A DNA stretch of 62,739 nucleotides, counting the filler, from Circinaria calcarea (lineage: Eukaryota): the NCBI GenBank assembly GCA_051942165.1. It is 22 parts of 22 records of this genome, joined end to end, with 100 filler letters (N's around TTAATTAATTAA, not from the genome) between each part and the next. Parts side by side here need not be neighbours in the genome. Positions count along the whole stretch, not along the records: positions 45,778 to 48,524 come from JAVECS010003282.1; positions 48,625 to 51,369 come from JAVECS010003283.1; positions 51,470 to 54,214 come from JAVECS010003284.1; positions 54,315 to 57,056 come from JAVECS010003285.1; positions 57,157 to 59,898 come from JAVECS010003286.1; positions 59,999 to 62,739 come from JAVECS010003287.1; 16 more parts are not named here. The stretch is one strand, 5' to 3'. The position numbers were made by a program, and so were the translations under genes. Of this stretch, positions 48,376 through 60,555 are shown one piece after another. The notes under the pieces are model-generated. The model was not told where the DNA came from. It worked only from the letters and a program-made list of their open reading frames with translations, and ran no database searches. Every line of letters starts with the position of its first letter. The first letter of the stretch is position 1.

Positions 48376-48524
48376 ATGTCGAGCGTTACTTTTTCTCCTT
48401 CTACACCTGTCCCCCCCGTTTTTGACGTTACAAGGCGGATGAATGAATTGCAAGCGATGCTAAAAGATGATACTACCGTGTCCGACCAAAGGAAGAATAT
48501 TGAAGTAGTCATCGATATGTACCA
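48376..48524 (+). CDS. N-terminal fragment of a hypothetical protein
   Basis: ATG at 48376 after a CT-rich leader; FDVTRRMNELQAML...NIEVVIDMY is open to the contig end. Confidence 0.4.
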
Positions 48525-48850
48525 NNNNNNNNNNNNNNNNNNNNNNNNNNNNNNNNNNNNNNNNNNNNTTAATTAATTAANNNNNNNNNNNNNNNNNNNN
48601 NNNNNNNNNNNNNNNNNNNNNNNNACCCTCCACCGCCCCCTCCCCCGGGTAAATAAATCGTCATTAGTTTTGGATGGTTGATTTAGGTATACGGAACCCC
48701 ATCCTGCTGGTTTTTACCTATCCCTAAAGGGTTCCTCTGGGCTCTGGGCGTCTTCCTACTAACCACCCCTTCCCTCGCCTCAGCTATGGCGAAGGAAGAT
48801 AGTTCAATATTTTTTACTAGGTATCCGCTACTATCCATTCTTTTTCTGCT

Positions 48851-48970
48851 GTCCATCCCCTGATATTTGTCCCCCTGATATCTATCCTCCTGATGTCCAT
48901 CCCCCTGATATCCATCCCTCGCACCCGCACCCAGCACCCAACACCCGTTTCCAGCACCCGTTTCCAGCAC
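48851..48970 (+). repeat. Degenerate minisatellite (15-bp CCCCCTGATATxxxT units followed by CAGCACC units)
   Basis: Four to five 15-bp units at 48851-48920, then ACCCGTTTCCAGC twice. Confidence 0.65.
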
Positions 48971-49295
48971 AGCTATCCCCGCGCGTTACCCTTTCCAAGC
49001 GATCCGATGGCGGAATCTTCTTTTATCGCACTTGTCCCTTGGGGATTTGGAAGTTGATTTAGGGGAGGAGACTGAAGGAGACAAGGAGGAGAGAGATCGG
49101 GAGAGGAGAGGAAATATCAAGGGGAAGAAGAGACGGAGGTCAGAGACAGCGCCGCCAAGTAATCTCAACACTCCAGGCCAGTTCCCGGTTTCCAAGACTG
49201 TGATGATCGGTTCCAGTCCAGGGAGCTGGATTGTTAATGCAGTTCTGCATCTTCGGTCCTATTCGGTAAACACCGATCTTTGGGGGGTGGGGGAA

Positions 49296-51369
49296 TTAGC
49301 CCCCGCGTGCCCTGGTAATAAGCCCGAGGGGGTAAAAGGAGAAGGGGGCCCGAGAATGGGCGGTAAGATATTCAATTGAGCCCTTGTCAGAAAACAGGAA
49401 ATTTGTAGAATAGGGCTGGCCTGTCCGACAGCAGACTCTCCGGGAGCTTCCCGGACTAATATTCGTTAATTGATGGGGCTGGGCGTATCGTCCAAGGATT
49501 ATAGGCCCCCTCTCTTCCTTTTCGACGGAGTGTAGGAAAAAGCTTCCAAATTTTTTATTGAGCAAACCCCAACACCCATCCATGCTGCGTCTGTTCGTAT
49601 CGAGTTTCCCGGAATATTTCCAGCCAAAAGTCCTGTCGCTGCGGCTTGATGAATGACTATACGTCTTGCCAAAAACGACATTCCCATCACTTTTAGCATA
49701 TCCATGTATAGTGAACGACCCAGATAAGTCTTCTCCATGGCCCGTAATGCCTACTCGTTGAAATTCACCGGCCGTCCAGGATGAGAGCTGGAATGCCATC
49801 TCGTACGAATCAACACCGCCTCGATCATTAAACCCATGTGTACGCACACCTCTCCATACTCCATTAAGAATAGAAGTGCCTATCCAGCTTTGAAGATCGG
49901 GCACCGAAGCCTCGGAGCTCTCGTCAAGTTTCTTTAGGGGTATGATAGTCGCTCCCCTATCTAGCAACTCTCTGACAATGGAGCCTTCTCCTGTAAGTAT
50001 TGCCAGATCTATCGCACTGTCAGAGTTTTCATCTCTTGCATCTATGGCTGCTCCCTTGTCTAGCAAGAGCTTTACCGTGGTGTGATGCCCACGCATTGCT
50101 GCTATGTAAAGCGCTGTTTGTCCACTAAGATTCTTTTCATCCACGCCATGTCCTTCATTCAACAGCCTCAAGACGACTACGTCGATTCCAAAGTGAGCTG
50201 CAACTATAAGAGCAGTGCAGTCATCTGGATTTGTGAATTCACCTAAGGAGTGATGGGTTGAAGCACAATGCACATGAAACCATGTTGGCGCCGTTCGTGA
50301 AACGTGATTGCAAACATCTATTGCAACTTGGAGAACTGGGTCGTTCTGAATTATTTTTGCTTTAAGGAAATGATCGACCCAATTATTGGTTGCGTACTCC
50401 ATAAATTTGAAACGCATAGTCACCGCCTTGAGCTTCTCTCTACCCATGGAGAAGTAGGGGTTATAATCGAAACTAGATTCGTTGTCATCCCCATAGCCAT
50501 CTTTATCGTTATCGTAGCCAGTATCCGAAACGAAAACCTTAATCAGCTTATCTCTTACTAGGGAAAGGTACAACAAGCAAATTTCTGTCAGGTCTCGATT
50601 TGCCTTAACTGGATCCACGGATCGTCTCCATCTTTGTTTATGACCCGAAGTCTGAAAATCCGATCCCACCAGGAATTCCTTCGCTGTCTGATGAACAAGA
50701 TATGTCCGACCTTTAATAACGCGAACAAAAAGGCCACATATACTTTTGATAGACCGCTCAAGGTTTGGAAATCGCTCCATAGACTCCAACGAATCAAGGC
50801 CTCGGCGCATTGCTAGTGCTATATTTAGCTGGTCAATGGTCAATGGCCTGGAAGCCGCCAGAACTATGCCAAGTATTCTCCTCGCCGTCCCAGGATCTGA
50901 ACTTTTTTGGAGTATCTTCTCATACAAGCCGTCTAGTGTAGATGGAATGCTCAACATAAGCTGATTAAACTCTTTTTGTAGTCCATGAAACTGTTCCTTT
51001 TCCTCAGCGATATGGATCTCTTCTAGAACTAGCATGACCCATAGAAAGGTTCTGTCTGCGTTCCGAACCAGCCTGTTAATGAAATTATCTCTCACGGCGT
51101 CTGGCAACTTCCACCTGCGTGCAATTTTTACTACCTTAGTCCTAACAACGAGTTCTATGTCGACGCACACAGCGTCGGACTCCTCTTCCAAGTCTATTGT
51201 CTCTTTAGGCGTTTCCTCAAGGTGTTGCTCAATGACATTGTATGGACGGCTTGTGAGGAATACTTTGAGAGCGGGGTTTTCCCCTTGCTTGAGTCCCTTC
51301 GAATAGAATTTCTCGAGTTCTTCGGCCAAGCTCATCCAGTCGTCACACTCGTCAAGAGCATCAACGACA
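49296..51369 (-). CDS. Fungal NLR-like NACHT-ankyrin protein with an extra C-terminal beta-rich domain, 5' truncated
   Basis: Walker B VVDALDEC at the contig edge, KVFLTSRP, ADRTFLWV, LDGLYEKIL, winged helix RPLTIDQL...CGLFV...VHQTAKEFL, YATNNWVDH and three ankyrin repeats (TALIVAA, TALYIAA, SAIDLAI). Confidence 0.9.
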
Positions 51370-51469
51370 NNNNNNNNNNNNNNNNNNNNNNNNNNNNNNN
51401 NNNNNNNNNNNNNTTAATTAATTAANNNNNNNNNNNNNNNNNNNNNNNNNNNNNNNNNNNNNNNNNNNN

Positions 51470-52095
51470 CCGCTCACGCCTCCAAGCCCACCCACAACAC
51501 TCGGCTGCGCCTTGGCTACCATGTCTTTGAAGCAAAACTGGGTGCCCACCGCTGTGCGGCCCGACGCGAACAGCCAATCTTTGACCGAGTACCAGCCGGC
51601 CGAGTTGTTCCCGCACGCGGCGTCGATGCCCTGGTTCTGGATGGCGATGCTGTCGTCCCCGCAGTGGTTGCCGTTGCCGTACTCGCACGCGTACGCCACC
51701 ACGTCCTCGTACACGTACGACAGCGCATTGTGCCACCAGGTCAAGCTATCACACGCCATCCCGATAACTTGCTCGGCGATCAGAAACATGTCCGGGTCGC
51801 GCTTCACGGCGGTGTCGCAGTTGGGGCCATTGGCACCCGTCGGGCCTTCTGCTTTGGGAATGCGGCGGGTGAGCTGCCCGGCTGAGATATCGCGGGGGTG
51901 GGCTTTAGGTGCGGCGGGCTTGGGTTTCTTGGCCGGCACCCCCTTCTTGGGGAGGCCAACGTATTGCACCGTCGGTTTTCCGGCCTTGTCGAAGCCGTGG
52001 AGGTAGAGGCCATTGGAGTCCCCTTTGGCATGTTCGAAGGCGGCGGCGGTAGCTGCGGCGGTGAGGAGGACACCGCTAATGACGGTGAAACGCAT
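51470..52095 (-). CDS. Secreted Cys-rich protein (signal, propeptide, 6-Cys domain), 3' truncated
   Basis: Signal MRFTVISGVLLTAAATAAA, Lys/Pro linker, Kex2-like LTRR, six Cys with VAYACEYGNGNHC and CGNNSAGWY. Strong GC3 bias. Confidence 0.82.
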
Positions 52096-52751
52096 GGTTA
52101 GGTCGGACTAGAGACTGTTTTCGAGTATCGATGGATGGTCGATGTTCTGGGTGAGGAACGAGGGATGTGGGTCTTTGCAAGGAATTGAGGGCTTGAGAGT
52201 AGAATGAAAGGAACTGATATAAGGACTGTAAAGGGCCATAAACCAACCTTTATATCGCCAACCATCTGCTCTCGGACGATGACATGTGTAATCGAGTCAT
52301 GCGCTTATACACGTGGTTTTGAGTCAAGTTTCACGGCCTGCCAAGTGTTTTGAGGTACTTGCTAACAGACCCGCCAAACAGAGCCGCTGTCGCGTGTGTA
52401 AAGTCGCAATGAGGGTAAGACTTGCAACGCGTGGGGAATTCTCATCTTGTAATCATAAGATTCATAGCCTTTGAGATCCACCAAAGAGCTCACCCGAAAT
52501 TTCCTCTTCGGTAAAGACGGGAAGCTGAGACAGTAAGAACTCGGAAAAGTAGGAGATGAGCGATCCGATATCTATTTGTGGATTGGCTGCGCAATACCAA
52601 GGGGTTTAGATAGTCACGGGTAGAACGCAATTCAGCCTCAGTACTGTTTCTGGGTGATAAATCGATGTTAGGAAGCAGTAAATTCCGAAACGAAACTTAG
52701 TGGTGGGTATGAAAGCTCAACTAATTAAAAATACAAGATCCACTCAATGTA

Positions 52752-53641
52752 TCAGTTCTCATCATCAGAACTGTAGCCTGCAAGGCCAAGCCCAGGAAGA
52801 CCAGGACGTTTTGAAGGTGGGACAGCAGCTGAGGTTGCCGAGAATCCCTCCTGGCGTCTTGGCCTGGTAAGGGAAGCACTGTTTGAGTCGATTTTGCCGT
52901 CTGCCCCCAATCCCACCGATGGTGGGGCCGGATTACTGGTGTCATCTGCCTTAGTTGTCGCATTCGTTGTCGTCAAAATACTTGGTAATGTCCCTTCTAC
53001 TGCCGTTGGGCCTTTGCTAGCGGTCGACGACTTGCGAAGCTTGATACCCTTCAGGACGTCTTTCTCCTTGACGCGTTTCCGTTTTTTCCCATTCAGCGCC
53101 CATTGCTTCTCCTCTGTAGTCGGACTACCCGTCTTCCCAGCCTTATCTTCATCCAAGCCTGCTTCTTGCTGCAGCAGCAACGCCCTATCAGCCTCCTCCT
53201 GCTGGCGTCTGAATACATCCAGTTGTTCCACGGTCTCTCTCTTCACGGCTTCTTCTTTCGCCCTTGTGCTTTCCAGTACAGAGTCCAAAAACTCGACCTC
53301 ATCGTCGTCTAGAGTTCTAAACTGGTTCTTCAAGCGTATCGACTCTTCGAAAGCTTCTTGCTTAGCGGCTATCAATGGAGGAAAGCACCTGATATGTCAG
53401 CCTATGCGGTACAGGAGTAGAAGACGTGTTGGCGGATGCTGTGGGTATGGGGTTGCTGGAGTCTTAGATAGTCACCTTTGTTCGACTGTAGAACCTCGTA
53501 GAGAGTTTTGCCCCCTTGTTGTCTACTTTGCTCCTCTTTTAGGCGACGGCTGGCTTCTAGGTCCAGCTGTGCCTGTAGCCACTCGGCATCGCGCTCAATT
53601 GGCTTTTCGGTGGTACCACCAGAAACAAAGCCCGGGGCCAT
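52752..53641 (-). CDS. FAM192A/NIP30/Fyv6-family nuclear protein, 2 exons
   Basis: MAPGFVSGG...KTLYEVLQSNK, intron 53369-53475, then AAKQEAFEESIRLKNQFRTLDDDEVEFLD. C-terminus LGLAGYSSDDEN. Confidence 0.9.
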
Positions 53642-54790
53642 GACGGGAGAAGCAATGAGCTACCGTAAAGTAGCTATCAGTAGCTTTCTCCGGTCTTTGC
53701 TACCTGTGACTGGATTGGTAGAGCTCGAATTGCAACTCGTTTATCAGAAAGTGGTACAGTAATGGCAGGTAGGCAGTACGTTACCGAGGGCTGACAGCCG
53801 TGCTGCCAAGGCACGTGACACTAAGCTAATCGGGAAGAGCTAGGGCAATCTACTCGCAGATTCAAAGTCTATGGCTCGCGTCACCCGATTTTGGTACAGC
53901 AGAGAAACTGAGGATGTATATGAATGTACCATCTTCCCATTCGACGGGGGGAGGAGGTGTCTACATCCTATACAGAAATGCCATTTCTAGTTCCCATGAC
54001 CTCGAGCATGCTCATATACAGTAGTTGGCCCCATCTAGCCAGATGCCAGATACTGCTTGTAGCAATCCAGAAGAATCTATCATCTCAGCAACCTTTTTCT
54101 CCTTCCAGTTCGACGTCAAAGCGTGTTCCTGAACCTTCGTCACCAATAGCTTTTGCAAAGGACGGCCTTTTTCACCAATGACTAGATCGTATGGCATCAT
54201 TGTTCCTCCAGCCCNNNNNNNNNNNNNNNNNNNNNNNNNNNNNNNNNNNNNNNNNNNNTTAATTAATTAANNNNNNNNNNNNNNNNNNNNNNNNNNNNNN
54301 NNNNNNNNNNNNNNGTACATAAAAGTGGAGAAGACAGAGGATGTCATGTATTCGAGGGCCTGCAAAGCCGAGACTATACAAGAGTCGTCGTCACCACGAC
54401 GCAAAGAATTTGAATAAGCTGAATCATAATTGATCTGACGTACAGAATTTCGCCCAAAGAAGCGATTGGATCCAGCCATGAGCTCTGTTGACAAAAGAGG
54501 ACTCACGGAGTGTCTCCTCCGATTCCCTCTTGCCTCTCCTTCAGATTCTAGGAGTTGCAAAGGACATTCTCACCTGAGCCTAGGACTGACAATGTACGAT
54601 TGGCATTGGTGTTGTTGGATATCGTAGCTTTCAACCAACTCTCGCCGTGGTATCCCATAAGTTGCCGTAGAGTGCGCAATGAGAGAGCTACCTAATATTA
54701 TTGGCTAATGCGGTCTTGGCGTTACTTGGCACCTAAACAAGATGTTTTTGCATTTGATTTTCGCAATAACGAACCCTTCATTGATCCATA

Positions 54791-56995
54791 ATGCGTTATC
54801 CGGAGCAAGAAATCAATGGGGCATCTGATTCGCTATCACAAGCGCTTACTACTGATCTGATTGATATATTAAAAAGAGAGCGTAAACCTACCAAAAAATT
54901 GAGAGATACCCGCGAAGTTGAGCAACTAGTTACATTGCAAAGTGGTCAACAACAACCTGCTCGGCCAAAACCCCAACAACTCAGGAACCCTCGCGTAAAG
55001 CGTAAAAGATCACCTTCCGGAAGCCCTTCTAGAGAGTTATCACCAGTGATTGAAGATCCTATCAAACAAGCGAAAACCCAGAATGAACAACTCCGAAAGC
55101 GCATCAAATCAAAAACCACGAAAGAAGAAAGATTAGACCTCCTAAAGCCATTTCTTGCGCAAGAACCCTTTCCTGACGCTTTAAAGATTAAGCATCATAG
55201 TCTACAACTGAATCTACCTACTGAAGCTTCTGTTCACGATCCGTTATCAATCTTCCAATTATTCATTACTCCTAGCCACCTTGGAATTATCGCTACACAC
55301 ACTAACGAGCAAGCAAGACTTGAACTGATTAAGCAAGGCATGAAGAATGGCCGGCCGCGGCCTTGGAAAGATACTACAGCGGAGGAAGTAGGTGCTTATC
55401 TCGGCGCTCGTTTATTAATGGGCATACATCCTACTACTGGTGGCGTCGCACGATTTTGGGATGAAAGTGAGGATGAACCCTTCTTTCCTCTTACCAAATA
55501 TATCTCTAGGAACCGTTTCCAGCAACTTACGCGGTATCTTAAGATAAACCACCCCGGAGAGAAGCTTGCGGCGGATGATTGGTGGAAGAAGGTTGACCCT
55601 ATTGCTTCAGACTTCATTAAGACAGCTAAAGCAATCTATCGCCCTCGGTCTATCCTATCTATTGATGAAGAGCTGATAATGGCTAAGGGACGTACGAAAC
55701 ACGCTCTTCAAATACCTTCAAAAGCCGCCGCAAAAGGATATAAAATCTACTCGCTTTGCGACCACGGATATCTACTAGACTTCCTATTTACGTCCAAAAT
55801 TGCGAAGGTTAGTGGCCTTGAAAATCTTACACCCACCACGCAACTCTACAAGGACGAGTCATTTAGTGACTCTGAACGAGCAGTACTTTCCTTAATACAA
55901 CGCATACAAAAGGTCTGGCCCGAAAGAGACGTATTCGCAGTAGTCCTTGACAACTTCTTTACAACCCATCGCCTATACACTGAACTTCGAGCGTGGGGAG
56001 TGGGTGCTTACGGGACCGCAAAAGCTGGATCAGGTATACCTCTTGAGCTTATCCTGTTAAGGGACGCTACTACTAAGGAAAAGAACTATTCATTGATGTA
56101 CAACAAAGTCTGGGAGGGGGTGAATTGTCTATCCTTCGTGGATATGAAAGCTACATGGATAATGACCACAATTCACGACGTGGTTAACGATGAATTGTTA
56201 ACTAAACCCTCGGAAAAGCGTCCCGGGGCCCCTGACGCCTTCATTATCCACGATGATGAAGGTAATCCTGCTCTACCTTTTCCGCGGGTTCTAGATGACT
56301 ATAATAAGGGAATGGGTGGTTGCGATATTCATTCCCACCTCACAAGCGTCTATACCACTGCTCGGGCACACTGGAGGGTGTGGTGGCCTTTATTCCTCTT
56401 CCTCCTTGACTCCGCGGTAGTCAATAGCTTCCTTATCTGTCGACCCTACACCGAACTCAGTCACCGCGACTTTCAACGAGAGATAGCTTTACGCTTGCTT
56501 CGAATACCACTCTCCTACGGCCGTGAAAGGCCTCCGAGAATCATGATGATTGGTCAGAAACCTACACAGATTCCAGATACCCATCACGACTATATCACTA
56601 TGGCCAAAGGCTACTGCAAGGGCAAGAAGGGCTGTGGAGGTTCACTTCAACCACGAGGCAAAAGATATATCCTTGGTGACGCAGATATCAATACAATAGG
56701 GCGAAGGGCGAGCCGTACAGTCTGGGGATGTAAACAATGCGGCGTCAATTGCTGTAAGAAGAAGGATTGTTGGCTGGCTTTACCTAGACATAAGGATATA
56801 TCCACTGCAGGGATAAATGGAGCCTTCCCATTGGCCCAAAATGGGAACAACAAAACGGCTTCAACGCGCTCGAATTCAAGCGCGTTAAACTCGATGAATT
56901 TAAAGATATCGAAAGCTGGTGGCCCAATTGTTACAGCTGCGCCAACAGGACTGCGACATATCCTTCCCCGCCAAGACTTACTTCTACCACGTTAA
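54791..56995 (+). mobile_element. piggyBac-superfamily transposase ORF (734 aa, uninterrupted)
   Basis: SRNRFQQLTRYL, catalytic DDD triad in SIDEEL, LDNFFT and MGGCDIH, KGR and GYKIYSLCD, WWPLFLFLLDSAVVNSF, and a C-terminal Cys-rich domain (GYCKGKKGC...CKQCGVNCCKKKDC). No TIR or TTAA boundary found in the contig. Confidence 0.93.
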
Positions 56996-57156
56996 CTGTA
57001 TGGATAACCCAGCTCTTGGCACGCATGTATATGTTTTTAATATGTAGATTAGAATCNNNNNNNNNNNNNNNNNNNNNNNNNNNNNNNNNNNNNNNNNNNN
57101 TTAATTAATTAANNNNNNNNNNNNNNNNNNNNNNNNNNNNNNNNNNNNNNNNNNNN

Positions 57157-57310
57157 GGAGGTGGTGGTGGTGTATTGTGTTGTTGGCGGTGGTTAGGGGC
57201 GAACGGTGGGAGTGGGGAATCGAAAAGGTACGTGAGCGGTAAAGTCTTGAGATTTGGCGGATTTGGGTGGATGGGGGGCTTAGGTGACGGTTGATGAGGA
57301 ATAAGGCCAT
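57157..57310 (-). CDS. Possible N-terminus (mitochondrial presequence-like) of a truncated gene
   Basis: MALFLINRHLSPPSTQIRQISRLYRSRTFS is Arg/Ser-rich, lacks acidic residues and is open to the contig end. Confidence 0.4.
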
Positions 57311-57722
57311 GGAAGTAAAACTTGTTATCGTTGAAATGGTGAGAGAAGGATGGGGTGACGAGGGGCGTTTTTCCGGATGAGGAATGCTGTTTTCGGTAGG
57401 TTGCGCCGTTGTTGTGGTGATCTGGCTGTCGAAGATGGAAAGATCTATCCTGAAAACCGCAAATATGGATGGCAGTTTATGGTGGCATGCAAAAAATAGT
57501 TGAAGGGCTGGGTATTCCAGTCCATGAGGATGATGAAAGGTGTGGAGGTGAGAAGGGTAGATGAGGTTTTCACCCGTGGAGCTATTTTGGCAGTATTAGC
57601 TTTGATTTGCGATGATGTGGGTGAGTAAAACAGGAGGGTGTGGAGGGAACCATATACCTGAAATCATTGAAAGGTCATTCACATATCCTGCAGCAAGATC
57701 GGATAGGGTAAATCGAGGTCCG

Positions 57723-59081
57723 TTATGAGTTGACGATACGAGGCGGATTAAAACGCACGACCGTCGTTGTGGGGTAGTTATGAAAGGGACATTCACCCCC
57801 GTGCAGCAAATAATTCTCGACAGCTGCCTTCATTCTAGTTGCCTCTTCTTTGTGAAAACCGAGCTCTCCAGCATCTAGACACCAGAACTCCACCTGCTGA
57901 TTCTTAACTTTGCTAGCCAACCATCCCGAGATATTGACGCGGTGCAGTTTAAGAGTTGCCCGCAGCTTAGGCAAGGCGGATTTCCAGGAGCCATTATAGA
58001 TATAGATCCGAGCAAGCCCCACCTCTCGAAGCGTGGTAGCGTGTCTGTGGGAGAAGTCGACAAGTCTGGCTTCGGCGGTATGCATGCTTGCGAAGTTGAC
58101 GGTGTGGAGAAATTGCCAAGTATGATTTCCAACAACATAAATTAGGTTCGAACCGGTGGGTGATATCAAGCTGTCACATGTAATCTTTAAGACTTGAAGA
58201 CTAGGCACATTTCGAATGAATCGAAATTCAGAGCCTGAAGTGGAACCGGGTGAGCGGTCAGGGCAGAGTAAGTTTTTACAAGCGTGGGACGCTACGATTG
58301 ATAGAATTCGAAGGCTTCGAAGAACGCTACCGAACTGTTCGACAAGCATAATGGAATGGTAACCCACACGGCCGAAGTGTAGTGACTCAAATTTGACCCC
58401 AACTTCGTCAAGAGCGGCGAGAAGATCCCATAAACCTCCAAAACCAGTGTAGGAAGGGACTTCACCCCATGCAGGATATAAACCAGCACTGACTGCATAA
58501 TCGAGAGCATCAGTTCCTTCTCTTAGACCGTCCTCAAGTGAGAATGTGACTGATCGCAGATGAGGTAGCCGACTTATAGCCCAGACAAGGGTTGACTTGT
58601 AGTCAGTCTTGACAAAAGCTTGTTGATTTTCATACAGGTGTAGGTATTAATGATAATAGTATGCAGTCGTCCTTAATCCGCTTTTGTTCATCAAGATTCC
58701 TCTTTAGGGCACGCTTGAATGCAGATCTTATGCGATCAGAGTAAGTGGGAACCGAACCTAGATATACATGAGGTTTCAAATCTTCCTCGAGCCTTCTCTC
58801 CCAAGCGTTCCTCGTGCCATAGTAAAAATTACCGGTCAATGGATCACCCTCCAGGAGCAACGAGGTAACGTATTCTTGAGCAATAGGAGACTTGGACTTT
58901 TCCAGTAATCGCTGGAAGCTGGCCTTCGTTAGGATAGTATGAGCTTCTGTGAGAAGATATCGAAGGCCACGCGCAGCAAGATACTTGCATGTACGGCGTA
59001 TGCTTGGGATATCAGGCCTTGGTAGAAGTTACAAAATTTCATCGATCAATTCAGCAAGCAAGCATTGAATGAAGAGCTCAT
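57723..59081 (-). pseudogene. F-box protein with LRR-like C-terminus, decayed
   Basis: ATG 59081 MSSSFNA, frameshift, then LAELIDEIL*LLPRPDIPSIRRTCKYL (F-box consensus with an in-frame TAA), SFQRLLEKSKSP, a further stop at 58630, and the C-terminal HTWQFLHTVNF...RHATTLREVGL...GSWKSALPKLR typical of fungal F-box proteins. Confidence 0.7.
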
Positions 59082-60287
59082 ATATATAGGAGAGAGGGAA
59101 TCATGTCTCGTAAGAAGATATGGTTGTTAGATGAAGGGATAATAAGATTGTAAGGTCTTAATTGATGGTTTGGATAAGTGGTTGTGGATGGATCCTGTAG
59201 ATTATTTGCACCGCGAAGAGCTGGACACCCGGATATATGTAGCCACGAAGTATAAGTGTTGGTCATCTAGATGATACTAAAGAAAGCGCAGTGACTTTCA
59301 CAGTGTGTTGTCTGTTTACTCCGTATGACGTTCAATATCTGCAGTGTTGACTGACGAAAAGGAACGTTTAGCGAACGGGTCGCCAATGCAAAGCTTCTCG
59401 CTTACACCTGGCGGCACGCTATTGTAGTGATATACTGGCAAATCACGGAGGGAGGTTCGAATAAGGTATCTAATAGCAAAACAAGGTGTCTCGGTAGTTT
59501 GGTAGGATGTCTCTGTACTCGAGTCGGCCAAGGTGTGTATAGACATAGGCCAGGTTTGCTGTGGAATCAAGATTACAGTATGGTGGATTGCAGTCGAAGA
59601 AGGGGTCTGATAAGGCAAAGAAGCTGTTGGGTACACCTGGCATTCTTGGTCCATGGTCTGCCGACGCTGTAGATTTCTATCGATAAAGCAGCACAATGGT
59701 ACAAGAACAATCATGGATTCATATTAATTACAATTCCAGGCGAGCAAACGTAACAATGAAAATCAATCGTCAAGGTGTCCGCTCAACGCTCGAAAGAGAT
59801 CTCCACTTTAACCTCGTAGGACTGAATAGGAACCCTACTCTTCGGTGATAGAGATCATTGCGGAGACTAGAAGCACCCTCGGGAAGACAGCAAGCATANN
59901 NNNNNNNNNNNNNNNNNNNNNNNNNNNNNNNNNNNNNNNNNNTTAATTAATTAANNNNNNNNNNNNNNNNNNNNNNNNNNNNNNNNNNNNNNNNNNNNCC
60001 ATCCCCCCTTCTGTCATAGTTCTTTTCCCTTTCTCTCTCAGAAAAACGTTCTCTGCAGACCCCCCTCCTCTTGCTTCTAATGCCTGAACCGTTTAGAAAT
60101 CATCGGTACGTGTTGAGGATGGGAGGTGCGCTTAAGCGATGACAGGTTGGAGGGGGGCGCCGGGTAATATTACCACCGTAGCAAGTAGCTTCGATAGGGG
60201 AGTCCCGTGTGTGGACCGTGGAGAAATGGAGGTGGGGAGGTGGGGGGAGTTTGCATGAAGTGGAGTAGGGTAGATTTTTACCAAGGA

Positions 60288-60308
60288 CTCTCTCTCTCTC
60301 TCTCTCTC
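60288..60308 (+). repeat. (CT)n microsatellite
   Basis: About 10 perfect CT units. Confidence 0.9.
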
Positions 60309-60555
60309 GACTTTAGATCCGGGGGGCAAGACCACCGTTTGATTTTACCAAGTACACACCAGACTTAGATCAGACAAGATTACATTTACGTGGGTACATG
60401 AGATTCAGATGTCGATGAGAGAACATGGCACCCGTACCGGACAAGACCAGATCTCAGTTTACCGCTAGCTTACCCATCCGCCAGAAAAAAACCACGCCTT
60501 TTGAGGATTGTCTATCCCCTACAAACAATCCAACCCAAGAAAAACCTTTCATCAC

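Noticed and set aside
54315..54575. Divergent minus-strand ORF upstream of the piggyBac transposase
   Set aside because: No supported start, no domain, and truncated. It cannot be tied to the element.
46921..56995. Kinase, NLR, secreted toxin and transposase as a defence island or Starship cargo
   Set aside because: They sit on four separate contigs, and no DUF3435 captain recombinase is visible.
59316..59714. 132-aa minus-strand ORF
   Set aside because: No motif or coding-bias support.
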